From Bugula neritina (Eukaryota > Animalia > Bryozoa), in contig OZ037767.1 in NCBI GenBank assembly GCA_964035545.1, forward strand, positions 21,592,628 to 21,656,627: a stretch of 64,000 bases of DNA, written 5' to 3'. Below the pieces are notes generated by a model. It was given only the letters and a program-made list of their open reading frames with translations, was not told the origin of the DNA and did not search any database. Positions 1 through 13,168 of this stretch are shown here, piece by piece (position 1 is the first letter of the stretch; each line of letters begins with the position of its first letter). The translations under genes were made by a program, and so were the position numbers.

Positions 1-289
1 AATATGACAGAGGTTATAATATAATCAGCGATCAAAGTTAGGTACGTGCAGGGTTATAGTGCAACCTGCAAGTTCAAACTTTTATCTGAAATCTATTATA
101 CAGTTCTTTTTCATTAACTGTACCTTTAAAATTTATTGAGCTAAATACAAAAACCTAGGCTAATAAGTAACAGAAAAACATACCTAGTACCCACTGAAGG
201 AAACGAATAAGCTTATAGTTATGAACAATAAAATATACTTATAGTTATATCCAAATTGTCCAAGTGTTTACAAAAAAGTGGCATCACAT

Positions 290-660
290 TAGTGATTAGA
301 CTTACTCTTAGTCCTATACTAATACTAATAGTAATATATTATTATTTATTAATAATACTTATATTAATTATAATAGTATCACATTCACCGTCATCAGTAT
401 CAGTATGAATATCAGTATATTATCGATTATGAGTATCACAGTCACTATCAAATTCAGTATCACTATCACTATCAGTGTGCCACTATGACTATGACTATTG
501 ACTATGACCATCAGTAGCATTGACACTATCACTATGGCTATGAGTATCAGTATCACTGTATGACTATCAGTATGAGTATGACTTTCACTGTCACTATCAG
601 TTTCCTTATGATTATAAAATAATAATTAATATTATAAAATTGAAATAAATATAAGTTTAA
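290..660. repeat. 6-bp-periodic AGT/ACT low-complexity tract (T1)
   Basis: ATCAGT/ATGAGT/ATCACT/ATGACT hexamers in phase; explains the alternating I-x ORF 368..556. Confidence 0.85.
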
Positions 661-676
661 GTTTAAGTGGATGCAC

Positions 677-900
677 CTGAAACTTTCGAAGAAATAAAAT
701 TAAATACGTAAGGCAAATCGTTTGAAACAGCACAAAGCTGCAGGCCACTTGGTGCAGTGGTTCGGAAGTTTAGGCTTCGTGTTCAGACAACAATGGCTGT
801 GCAAAGACTGCACTCAATGACTCCAAGCTTTGTGCTGTTTCTAACAAGCTCCATGTTCAATAGTCAACAAAAACCTCCGATGATGGTCGACATAATATTA
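677..900 (-). other. Putative non-coding first exon of a minus-strand gene continuing off the left edge
   Basis: Minus-strand donor TCAG|GTGCAT at 676, followed by a periodic tract like those in other first introns; a second donor-like TAG|GTATGT near 184. No recognisable protein. Confidence 0.3.
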
Positions 901-1334
901 TGGTAACCGGATTGGAAAGATATCATTGGCAATAACACGCCCACAAAAGTTGTGTAGTCTCGCATTTATTAAAAACCCATATAATATTTTTAATAATTTT
1001 TTTTGTATTTTGACTTTAAAAAAAATTTTAAATTTTAAATTTAATTCAAATAATTTACAGCAAAATAATTGTTATTTTTATATTTATAATGTAAAAATGG
1101 TGTTGTGTCTGTTGAGAGCGGAGCAATTATTGGTCAATAGGAAAATCCACTTTTTGGTTTCATCCAAATTTAAGTTCTGCATGTAAATTGTAGTTCGTTG
1201 AAGTTCCATGATTATCCCAATAATAGCATAAGTGGTATTAAAACTCTCCAGGATAATTTGAAACTCAGTATCAATGCAATCATGCGTAGACTTTCTAGTA
1301 AAACTATCAGTTAAGAAATAGAGCAGGATTAAGA

Positions 1335-1880
1335 TTCATTAATTATGATTAACTTTTAAGTTCAACTTTAACTTTAAGTTTCACTTTGAGTTTCAGCTTG
1401 AGTTTGTATTTAGTTTTACTATTAGTTTAACTATTAAAGTTTTAGTTTTGTTTTGTTATAAATGAGTTAGTGTTAGTTTTAACTAGTATAACTATAAGCA
1501 TAGTTGTATGTATAAGTATTAGTATTAGTATTACTATCAACATCATTTTGATTTTCTATCAGATTTGCTTTAACTTTTACGTTTTAAGTTGTAGCTTATG
1601 CTTCGGCTTAGGCTTAGAGTTAGCTTTTTGGTAATACTAATACTAATAGTAATGGTTACTAGTAATACTAATACTAATGGCAATGATGTAATACTAATTA
1701 CATTGATGTAATTACATTTACTTTTAGAGTTACTAATACTATAACTATAAGCATTGCCATTAGTAATAGTTGTATTTTTACTTTTAGTATAGACCAACTC
1801 CAGGTCACTAAATTTAAGTAAATAATCTTAATAAATATAAAATTAATAGTAAAACTAATAGTAATGGTAATACTAAAGAT
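1335..1880. repeat. 6-bp-periodic AGT/ACT tract (T2)
   Basis: AGTTTC ACTTTG AGTTTC AGCTTG AGTTTG..., ACTAAT ACTAAT AGTAAT, AGTATT repeats. Confidence 0.8.
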
Positions 1881-3149
1881 TTTACGACTGATAATAATGT
1901 TGCGCAGGGTTGAAAAGATATGCTGAAGACATTCTGTAGTAATGCTAGCTAAGGTTTATTAGTAGCATCTTCTTGCCTGGTGGGTTTGTCATTTTTAGCG
2001 CCCATGATCATATTTTTGATGCCCCCTGGTGTGATGAAAAATAGTTCGATTTAGTTGAGGGTGTCATAGTGCTAATATGCTTTCCTCCGAAATGAACAAT
2101 AACTGTTTAATTTATTCACAATTGTCTGTAGTTTCGTTGATTACATTAGATATCAGCTTTTTTGTTTGGCCCTGTGGTGTTTATAGAATGGTAAGCTATT
2201 AGTTTTAGTCTTTTGCTGTGGCCTACAAACTTTGTTAAGAAATATGTTCTGTTGTATTGTCCAGAAACGTAGTTCAGTCACAATTAACTCTGTGGAGGTT
2301 CAGAAAATGTCAGTCTGATAGATACTCACACTGAGTATGAAAAATGTATTGTGTTTTGATTGAATAATTTATTCAATTTTAATGACAATTTTCTCTATTT
2401 GTGTGAATATCTATCAGACTGAGATAGTATAATTTTTGGTTTATTAGCAACTAACATATACGTGCTAAAGTATATGTTTTAGATCATTTATAGGAGTAAT
2501 ATTGATGCAAATATTTTACATATGGAAGAATTCAAATCAATGTAGTGCAAACTTAATTATAAAATAAGATATTTCAATTTTCAGGTGATAGTTATTATCT
2601 AATTGCTTTTGTTTAGTTGAATAACCAGTACAATATTTGGTCGATCATAAATCAGTATTAATATCCATATATATTGCTGCTTCAACTCTCATTTGATTCT
2701 CATCATTCTCCTACTACTTAGTCGAAAATTACTAGCTTCCAGTAATATTTTTAAAAGCGATATTTTACCAAAAACTATTCTTTGTGTTTAATTTTTAGTT
2801 CAGTATGGTCTTATAGAGTGTAGTCACTTTATTAAAGATAATTTTCGTTTATTTTTAGTATGCAGGAATCTTTCTAATTCCAAGTCTCTAAGTCCAAAGA
2901 ATAATTGAGTCCCAACTATCATAAATGAAAATTGCAAGGTAACGACCAGCAGGTTCCTAAAATACTTGTGTATTAATTAAAAAGACTCCGACACATCAAT
3001 GTTTTTAAAAATAATGCAAATGTGCTAATGTTTCAGGTGGCAACACAAATGCATAAAGTTTTGGTGTTATACAGATTTCATTTCCATCAAAAGCACCATT
3101 TCTTTTATTCAAATTAAGATACAAACGTAGAGCTCCTGATACACTCGAT

Positions 3150-5495
3150 ATGATGGGATACAAGAGCTTGCTTATGATGCTCTATAAGCTGTGGAGTTTC
3201 CTTTGTTACTGTGTTAGAAGACAAATAAGAGCTGTAAGTGTCTTTAGCATTGAAATTCTGAAAGTTAGTTCGCAGCACATATGTGCTAACTTGTAGGGAG
3301 CAGCCATGTTCTAGGGGTTAGAGCTTTGATATGTAAACACTAAACACGAAGTTGTGGGCTTGATCCCCAGTAAAGGCCATGGTGATGTTAAGATGAGCAT
3401 CCAGTCACATCTGAATATGTCCTTAGCCCGTTTAAAAAAAGTTCTTTTCATCAGGGGTTTTTACAGGGATAGTGACTATAAACTTGCGTGAGTTTTATAT
3501 GTGTAATCTTAGAAACTCCTTCTAAAACGACTCTTAGAGGTTAATTATTTCTGTGGTCTCTGAACTGTTTGAATGTAGTATAGAAATTATTGTCTTAAGA
3601 TTCGTTTTCCCTTAACTACTGATAGTCTACATCACTTGGGTTCAATTGTTTGAATGGATAATCATATGAGTTGGATTGAATAAATAACCATCTGTTTTGG
3701 GGTCTACTCTATATTGCTCTTTTTAAAGAAAAGTATCTCCAAATAAACCAAATGACATGAACTTGTGTCTAAAGCAACTTGGCTGTCTCTACAAGTTATT
3801 ATATTTAAGGATGAAGAAATATTGAGAACAAACTTTTTATTCATGTTTTAAGCATGCACTTCTAAATTGTTATATGCTGAAAATAAAGGGGGTAGCTGAC
3901 TTCAAACCTTTTCCTGGCATTTGTAGGGTGTTCAGCATCAGACTGTGAAATATGAAACCGTTTCCTTATCCCCTCTCTCTCGACACAGGCTAGGCAAGTT
4001 TTGTGGTACTCAGGCAATTTTATTTGATGTGTTTGTGCTCAATTAATTTTATTTAACCAAGTTTATTAATAGTTTGTAATAATTTCTCTACATATTTTGC
4101 AGGTTCAGTCAATCGAAAGACCCTGGTATTAGACTTAGATGAAACCCTAATTCATTCACATCATGACGGGGTGATGCGTCAGACTGTGAAGCCCGGCACA
4201 CCACCTGACTTTGTGCTCAAAGTTTGTTTCAACTCTAATTCGTGATAATCAACTGTGTCCACACATGACTTTCTATGATTTCCTAGCTGACTTCTCAACC
4301 TATGTTGTGATTACTAATTTTTGTTTTATTCTAGATTACAATAGATAGGCATCCTGTGAGATTCTTTGTTCACAAGAGGCCTCATGTAGACTATTTTCTG
4401 GATGTTGTTGGCCAATGGTATGACTTGGTTATATTTACTGCAAGCATGGAGATATATGGCGCAGCAGTGGCAGAGAAACTTGATGCAAATAGAGGACTAT
4501 TGAAGCGCCGATATTACCGACAAGTTTGTATTTCTGATCAGTCTGTCTGATTTATTTGTTTTGAGCTAGACTATTCATTCAGAGTTTTGACTTGCATCTG
4601 GTTGAATGATACAATGCCTAAAACTTGGTTCATGTCTGGACAACAGATAAATCAACAGAGCGGCTTGTTCCTATAGACTTCAGTGTGCGTTTACTTGTTT
4701 TATCTAAAACCAGTTGGCTGTTTCTGTGTACTGCTCTAGTGTACATAGTAAGTTGTACTGCTGTGTTGTACATAGTAACGTGTACTGTTTTGGTGTGCAT
4801 AGTAATACTGATGGATCATGCTGTTGTAGCATTGTAACCTGGAGTTTGGCAGTTATACCAAAGATTTGAAGGCTATAAATTCAGACCTCTCTAGTATATT
4901 TATATTAGACAATTCACCCGGTGCTTATAGAGGATACCCAGGTAAGTCTATTCTCACTCTGGATGAGTAACTGTCAGACAACAGGATCATATCTTATTGG
5001 TTATAGTAAATATGCTTAAGGTTCACTTATAAAGTAGGAGTTATGTCACCAGGTATGTTGTTGCTGCCAAGTTAAACTCTATGCTAGCTATAAAAAATGT
5101 ATAGGCATTATCTCCACCATTTACCATCACATTATGATTATGCTGCCGGTACTGCTCTCAGTTTCCATTGCTGCTGTTGCTAACAATAGATTTATAGACT
5201 GAAATTGGGATGTGTTTACCATCTACACATGTTTTACTGCATATATCATATTAGCATGTGTTGATAGGTTTACTTGTTATTACTACTGCTTGTTACACTG
5301 TTTTACTGCAGCTCCTTTAAATTTACTCCTCACTTTTCATTTGTAGATAATGCTATTCCTATAAAGTCATGGTTTAGTGAGTCCTCTGACGTAGCCTTGC
5401 TCAACTTACTGCCCATGTTAGATGCGCTGAGATTCACAGCAGATGTACGCTCAGTATTAAGTAGAAACTTGCACAGGCATCGATTGTGGACTTAG
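3150..5495 (+). CDS. CTDNEP1: CTD nuclear envelope phosphatase 1 (Dullard), HAD family
   Basis: Exons 3150-3233, 3927-3993, 4103-4221, 4335-4523, 4830-4941, 5347-5495 give [85 protein letters not shown]; DLDET catalytic motif. Upstream UTR exons are likely (donors near 2191 and 2939). Confidence 0.96.
3300..3415 (+). mobile_element. Degenerate tRNA-derived SINE relic
   Basis: A-box-like TTCTAGGGGTTAGAGC and B-box-like GGGCTTGATCCCC at tRNA-like spacing, in CTDNEP1 intron; no intact cloverleaf. Confidence 0.4.
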
Positions 5496-6161
5496 CCGAT
5501 CAGTTATTCTATACTTAAATATTGGTGATTTCAAGACTCGACTACTCCAGATACAGATAAAAGACGTGTTGCCGATTCATCAGTAGATTTACTTGCATCT
5601 GTAGCATTTGGACATCAGCCCTTCAACTCGCAAATCTTTTTCGGAGATGATCATATCTCTAAATTGTTTATTTTTAGTGCATTTTTAGTTTGAAATCAAA
5701 AACTATTTCAGCATCAACAGACATTTGATGAGTAGTCGGCAGAACTGATATTAAGAATTTTTGGTTAGTAAAAAACTGTATACTTTGTAAATAATATAAC
5801 AGTATATTAAAATTTGAAATTTGCTATTTCATTCTACTGATTGAATAATATGCTTGTAAGATTTTAGACATCGTTGTTTTAGACATCGTTGTGCATCTAT
5901 AATTACACGAAACAGGTTTGTGCAACAATCACATGTGTTGAAACAAATATTCTCTAATATATGTATTCATCAGCATTACAAACATCAGAAAATATTAATG
6001 AAAGATCATATATTCAATTGCAAATGACTAATATATTGTAAGAAGGTAAGAATTATTGCAGTGGTTATAGTTGGTCAAAATAAATAATCAGCCTACAAAA
6101 TATTAACATCTTAGCCACACACATATCTACAAGACAGAACGTTCCAACTCTAACGTTGAGT

Positions 6162-7781
6162 TCAGTCTTCTCCTGCTGGCACTGCATCTTCCAGTTTCCT
6201 TATAAACTTGACTCTCATCTCTGTTGAACTGTCACCTTTCAGCTGATCAGATACAAACCAGGCTTGTACTTCAAGCTGCACCTACATATAAATACCGATC
6301 TATGTACATAATTACACCTCTGTACTTATCACAAACTCAAGGAGTGTCTTCTTATAGTACTATGCACACAAAAACATCATACCTAAATTGATAATTCTGA
6401 GTGCATGTGCCACTAGCAAAACCTTTTTAAGCTCAAAAATAAAACAGGTAATGTCAAAAATATTTTTAAAAAAAACCAGGAATGACGCCTTCAAAGTTGT
6501 TAGAATGAAATGGATCACCGACCGTATATACGAAATCTGAACATGCATGTTTCCTATTTTTTTTAACTTTGATGACAAAAATATTATAATTTAACAAAAA
6601 CTGATGGCTGGCCTAGAGTTTGAATCTTTTGACCCTTCTCACCATCAAAATCCAAAGACCAACAATTATAAGCAACAGTTAACTTACCATTTCAAGAGCC
6701 CCTCTTATCACACCACACAGTATGTTAGAGTAGTTAAGTTTGTATTTATCCTCTGGTAGTTCCACAAATTCTGTGAGTGGATTTGGGTCAAGAAGGAGAG
6801 AGAATGTATCACCAGATGGACTCCAGTTTGTTACAGCCGGTGCTATATTTAGAAACATTCTAAATCCTACTTTAGCTATAGTTTCTGCAGTTTCTCTGAA
6901 GTCATTGCAGCGACCTACATGAATTTAGAATAATAGGGCAATCAATATATTACACAGGGCGGTTAGTGGCGGAGAGGTGCATAGCATGTCACTAGATACA
7001 AGATGTTTGAAAATCCAAAATTCTTCAACGAATTTTTTTCTGACTCAGCAAATTGAAAAATATATTAGTATACTGCTCAAAGCATAGAGGGAGACATTTG
7101 GTAGAATTGTTGTTCATTGAAAGACACAAACTTGGAGTTACCTTCTCAATAACTAAAAGCATGTGCAGCCAAGGCATTCACTGCAGAACTACTTATATAT
7201 TTTTAAATCAAATGTTAATTGGTTACAATGAATTTGTCTATTTTTTTTTAAAAAAAAGTAAGAACTAAACTAGAGTATTAAATAAAAAGATAGCCATTAT
7301 ACACAATATAGCATAGTTTGTATATCCACTTGCTGGTATTTCAGTTAAACTGCACAAATACAGCAAGGTAAGAAATAATTGTGAATACCTGTATTTGATC
7401 TTGCCAAAAAATCTTCTATTAATCTAATTCCAATGTTGTAACCCCTACAAAAGTTTCATGATAAATCATAAAGCAATTCTTACTGTTACCAAAAGAATAA
7501 GCCACATCATCATTATTATTATTAGCAACAAAAGAACACAGAGTCAATATCAGTAACTTACATTTTCTCCAACTGTTTATTTACTTCTTGTTCATCTTCA
7601 TAATCTTTAATGAGCTGGGTAACTAATGCCCCATAAGTAAGTGTAAACAGTTCTGTACTCTATATCACAACAAAATAACTCTTCTAACACGCTGGAAACT
7701 GACTGGTCAAATTTAACATGGGTTAAGTTCATATAAATTAATTTGACTTACTTTAGCACCACGGTTGTTATTGATGGACAT
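6162..7781 (-). CDS. TRAPPC3: Trafficking protein particle complex subunit 3 (BET3)
   Basis: Exons ~7781-7752, 7659-7562, 7445-7389, 6914-6688, 6281-6162: STELFTLTYGALVTQLIKDYED..MGYNIGIRLIEDFLARS..NILCGVIRGALEMVQ..EDAVPAGED*. Inferred non-coding exon 1 ends at a GTATGT donor ~9441. Confidence 0.96.
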
Positions 7782-8789
7782 TTTTTGTAAAAACTGATAT
7801 AAATACGTAACTTAGAAGAGCAGAAAATCCTAATAACATTGTACCATTTTTAATAAAAATACCTCTATTAGTAACTTGTAATTTATAAAACCTACTAATC
7901 TAATAGCACTACCAGCCATGAAATATATTACATGCCATGTATGAATAGCTGTTAGTGTATAGATTATTATTTCTTGCAGTTACTAATCTCTACTAAAAGT
8001 CAAGTCATGATGAACCTAAAAGTGTCTGTAGTAATCATGCTTTTTCCGTTACATTTAGCAAAATAAATGCTCGAAAATTTTGTAGAAAATATTTAAAACT
8101 ATGTAGAACACTAAATACCCCTGTACTGAGCAGATTGTTTAATAAACATTTACAATCATTACAATTTTTAAAATTTAAATGTGTTTTATTTGTAATTCAC
8201 CGAGTAGGTTTTACAGGTATAACGAAAAATGGTTATTTATAAATCTGAACAGCAGATTATTTAGGTGAATGAAGAGTAACTTGTAGACTACATTACAATA
8301 TTTATGTGCTAAACAAAAGTGAGTAATAAAACCTTGTTAAAACTTGTTAAAGGGTTTGCAACATAAAATGCTTGGCAATTTAATGGAAAATAATTTTTGA
8401 TAAGTATAATATAATGCATTATTATTATTATAACTGCAGATAAACAATTTCACAATTTCACTTTTAATGTTACTGCTACTAAGAACAAATTACTACTAAC
8501 ATGAAGCTAAGAATTATGTTATTTTAGTTTCAGGACAAATTTTATCAACTAAAACTATTTTGGTGAAATCTTGAATGGGCCAAGCCACCAGCGCACACAT
8601 TGTAAAGATAGCTGAAATCAAAGTTTAATTAGCTGGAAACCCCCTGCTAAAACACCTTGCTAAAAACCTTGCTATGGCAAAGAATTTTAATAAAGTTGAC
8701 AAAGATTTACCCTTCAACCCATGGAATCTCCAACTCCAAAGTATAAATACTCATTTTAATTTTTCATTAGCACAACCAGAAGCCCATTA

Positions 8790-9435
8790 CTGTCGTAGTG
8801 GTAGTAGTTACATTAAACTGTTAGTCCTAGGGCTAGTCTTATACTTATAGTGATTGTTAAAGTTAGCCTATAAATAATTCAAAATGAAAATGAGACTGCA
8901 AGTTCAACCTACACAACTTTTAAATTTATGACCGGATTGAGACTCAAAAGTTAAAGTTAAACTTAAATTCATTCCAAAAATAAAATTTGTAGTAATTTTA
9001 AGAACTTAATTATTAACTCTAAGCAAAATTCAAGAGTAACACTTAGAGTTAGACTGAGACCCATTCTCAGCCTGAGTATGAAAGAGAATAAATACAACAC
9101 TAGGACTAGTCTAACAGCAAAAATAACTAAGTCTAACTGCCAACTGGCAAAATGAAAACCAAGTCACTGTCAGTAACTCAAACTGTAACTGCCAGTAGAA
9201 CAGTAGACGTAGTAGCACTAGTAGTAGTAGTACTAGTAGTAGTAGTAGTACTACTAGTACTACTAGGACTAGAAATAGAAAAGATAGAATCGACTACTAC
9301 TAGTACTAGTACTCCAAGTACAAGACTAACACTAAGTCCGAGTGCAAGTAGTAGTTATAGCATAATTTATACTTTAACTTATTGAGTTAAACTTAGTCAG
9401 TTGTACTTATACTTATAGTTATTGAGTTATTGTAG
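8790..9435. repeat. 6-bp-periodic AGT/ACT tract (T3), in inferred TRAPPC3 intron 1
   Basis: AGTTAG ACTGAG, AGTAGT ACTAGT, ACTTAT AGTTAT runs. Confidence 0.8.
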
Positions 9436-10325
9436 TACATACAACTTTTCTAGGGTCTCCTGGCTTTGATGGTCGTGACATAATGATAATGTGACAAAAA
9501 CTACTAGTTTAGTATTAACCAGTTGAAATTCAACATAAAATTTCAAGCTTCAGATTAGCGCACGTTGAAAGTTAATACTGACACAACTCAACTTCGTGTT
9601 GTTTGTTTGTTTTTTTCAAATAGATAAGTATAACAAAATATCATCTCATCTCGCATTATTTCCAGGTTTATTGAAGAAGTGTATTGGATTGGACTCGTTG
9701 TACTGCGAACTGTGTCACGTGGCTAGCAACTGCCGTAACTAGTGTACACATACTATATGGTCGCACAACAACGCATGTGCTTTCACTGTAAAAATTGTGC
9801 GAGTGAGACCAGGCAGGTGAGCATTCAAGCTCGGGAACAATAGCCAGTTTGCTAATTACTTTAATAACAAACTTTGTTTATACAGGCACGAAATTATTTA
9901 GGTAAGTTCTAAATTTGAGTAACGATAAACAAAACAGAGCTTTGCAGTTAAAGACTTGATTGATTCATAGAGTCGTCAAGATGTATATAAATATGGAATT
10001 GTTTGAGTTTTTGAATATTACCACGATACAATTGTTCTATTTTAAAATTCTATTGTGTCAAACTATCTTGCTTATAATTTTGTTTTAGTTTCTCTTTAAA
10101 AATTATATATATATTACATGTTAACATATTATGTCAACATATATACTTTTAGAAATATCCAAACAGCTAGAGTTTATTCCTTTTTGAAAGTTATATATAA
10201 AGCATGCATAGCCATATGTGTGATATAACTATTTGCATCAAAATTTGAAGTAACTGTAAATCTTAAAGTTGTAGAAAATATAAATTATAGTAATTTATCG
10301 TCTCTTTTCTGTAGTCACTGCAATC

Positions 10326-13168
10326 ATGGTGTACCCATACACAAAGCCAAGAGGGCCTATAGCCGCTATGTACTCAAGTCCTGGACCCTGTTATCAGCTA
10401 CCTGGACTAGTCGGCCAGCCCAAACATGACCCTCGCAGTGTACATTCAAAAGGTCCAGCTTATCCATTCGGCATAAAGCATGGCAAATTCGCTGACGACT
10501 GTAGCCCTGGACCAGCCCATTTACCTCAGGCTAAGATGTATAGGGACGGTCAAGATGGCACTCCTCATTACTCGCTCTATGCTCGAAGGAGAGATCTTAC
10601 AAGGTATAGCACTCACATCAGGCTATTTGTATAAACTCTTTTGTATATTTGTATATACTCTTTTAGTTTAGTAGAGCTGTTAAGTATATACTTGTGCTGA
10701 ATAGTCTGGAAATGTGCTTGACATTTCTTATCTAATCACCTTTTAGAACTTCAGGCTAGAAATATTCAATAATAATTAGCATAAAATCGTTATTATTTAT
10801 CTAAAGAAAAAAATATTTATATAACTATTTATTTGGTATTTACTGTTATTAATTTATTATCTTTTTATATTCTAGGCGACTAATACAAAATAGTTATAAG
10901 AAATACTTTATACAGTGCGAGCATCCAAACATGTCTTTAATAAATATAACATTGATATTACTTTCCACTTACTTATGTTAGTTTCAAGACACCTGGCCCG
11001 GGTTCTTACAAACCGGAGTCCACTGGTCAGACTGGGTACTACAGGCACCCCGCGTATAGCTTTGGTAGCAGACATAGGAACAGAAGGTCTGACAACACAC
11101 CTGGCCCAAACTCTTACACTTTACCAGGTGGGGCTAACTCTAAGCATCTCCATATCTTGCATTATGCAATTCTGTTTAAGTTATGACACATTTTATGAAT
11201 TTCAAATTTTTCTGTAATTGAAAAATTACATTTACTCATTTTATAACTATGATACTCAGGAATGGTAGGAGCGACAAAGCAGAGTGGCAAAGTCCAGGCC
11301 CCAGTGTACTCCCTAACTGGCCGTAGCAAGATTGGGGGATTCCACGAAGACCTAAAGAAGGTAAGATATAACTTTATCTAATCATTGGGTTAAAAGCCTA
11401 AAGAATATGTTTTATTTTAAATGAAAACTAAGTTGTGAATGAATGTGTATAACCATCTTCTCTGAGTTTAAACTTTTCAGCCCCTACAAACCATTGAAAT
11501 TAAATAATTTATTATTTATGATAACTGATTTAAGCTCAAGTAGTGACAAAGCAAAATACTCCAGGAAACGATAATTTTTGGAAAATTTAAATGTGGTAGA
11601 TTATATTAAATAATTCCTTAGTGAGATGTTAGGAAAATAAGGTGAGGATGTTAGTAGACTACTGGTTTTGTGTGCTCAAGGTTGCTTAGCAACCACTGAA
11701 TAAACATTTGCCATAGATAAGTAATATAAAAGACCACTCTGACTATTTCTATGGAGTATGTTTGCATTGCATGATAGTCGTAATAGCAAGTTCAGCATCT
11801 CATGAGATCTCGGTTTTCAATCCAAATAATTGCATAGCAAGGTTATTTACAAATTGACAACTCTATGGTTAAATGCAATCAAATTTTAATTAGTATTTAA
11901 ACTCGTTACCCATTTGATAACTTTGTGATAGAAAAAATTATAGTAACTAATAGATTTCAATCACTACTAAAGTCATAATGAACAGCCTGGTACATGTGTT
12001 CATTTTAAAATTCTGCAACTTTACATAGATGTTAGATCCTCACCTGCTATTAGTTCTATGCTAGGGCTGATTAGATTTGTTTTGTTTGGGTATTAAATGA
12101 ATTTGCTTATGTGTAGATGCCTTACTAACTAAAATAATAAGCATAGTTTATACTCAATTATGTAAACTCAAATAAAGGTAATGTGGGCATTGAAGTCCGT
12201 CAACTCACAGGTTCTGTATATATTCACAATATACAGCATTGCTCTGGATGAATGGGTCATTATTTCTCTTGTTGAAATGTCAAGTAGTCTTATAATGGAG
12301 AGTAAACTTTAGAACTTTCTAGAACTACATGACGTTTCAAGTGAAAGCAAATCTAATCAAATTGAACACAGGGTTTGCTAAAGCAGATTTCTGTGCAGTG
12401 TTAGGCTGATGTTGTGTAATTTTTGCTAGAAATGATTGATGGTGCTGCCAATAATATTTTTTACAACTTAAAATGAAAGATTTCTATGTAAATGTAGTCA
12501 ATAATTGACCAAAATGAATAAAATAATGCTTATATGTGCTGTATAATGTGCTAGAAGGTGATAAATTTCAAAGAAATAAACTTGAGAGTACATGTTTACT
12601 AAATTGTATCTTCGTTCAGACCCCTGGGCCAGGAGCATACAACACCACTCAGCCTCAGATCTACAAAGATAAATCCCCACAGTACAGTATGACCAGTAGA
12701 AACACTATGCCTGGTGATGGCACACAAAAGCCAGGCCCGGGAGCTCATTCTCCAGAGAGGGTAACTTCTAATACAATTTTTTCTGAAAATCGTTTATGGA
12801 CATGAAAATGATCAATGATCAGTGTATAACTGTGATTTTTATAATTTCTTAGTGTACAAGTTTCAATCTGCAATATATCTTTCAATACATCTTCATGCTT
12901 TTAGTATATGTTTCATGTAGGCATGTTAGTCTATTGATTAATAAAAACCTGTGTGTTTGTTTAGTTGCTGTTGCTATGCAACCATTGTACAAGCCAATAG
13001 CTCATTAGTTTGTGATAGACTATGCATGCTGCCAACAATATGTAATACAAGGTATTATAATTTGCCATGTTACAGGTTTATGTTAATAAGAGACAAGCAC
13101 CCAACTTTAGCTTTGGAATCCGGCATAGCCAGTATGAGGCGCCCCTGATTATTGAAGTGCGAGACTGA
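10326..13168 (+). CDS. ODF3: Outer dense fiber protein 3 / SHIPPO-repeat ciliary microtubule protein
   Basis: Exons 10326-10603, 10982-11127, 11260-11360, 12620-12760, 13076-13168; repeated (S/T)PGP(G/A)xY SHIPPO motifs; N-terminus PRGPIAAMYSSPGPCYQLP, C-terminus FSFGIRHSQY. Non-coding exon 1 donor at 9902. Confidence 0.92.
11681..11693. promoter_or_regulatory. RFX X-box motif in ODF3 intron
   Basis: GTTGCTTAGCAAC palindrome in a ciliary gene. Confidence 0.5.

Noticed and set aside
368-556. Hydrophobic or alternating-residue ORFs (368..556, 1570..1797, 9152..9385, 48207..48449, 58688..58888)
   Set aside because: Translation artefacts of the 6-bp periodic tracts; no splice or homology support.
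703-711. Recurrent TACGTA(A) word (703, 7803, 48790, 49376, 52234)
   Set aside because: Short AT-rich motif, not consistently at inferred TSSs; cannot be distinguished from chance.
743-790. tRNA-like start (GGCCACTTGGTGCAGTGGTT, A-box-like)
   Set aside because: No B box, T-arm or acceptor stem; not a tRNA gene.
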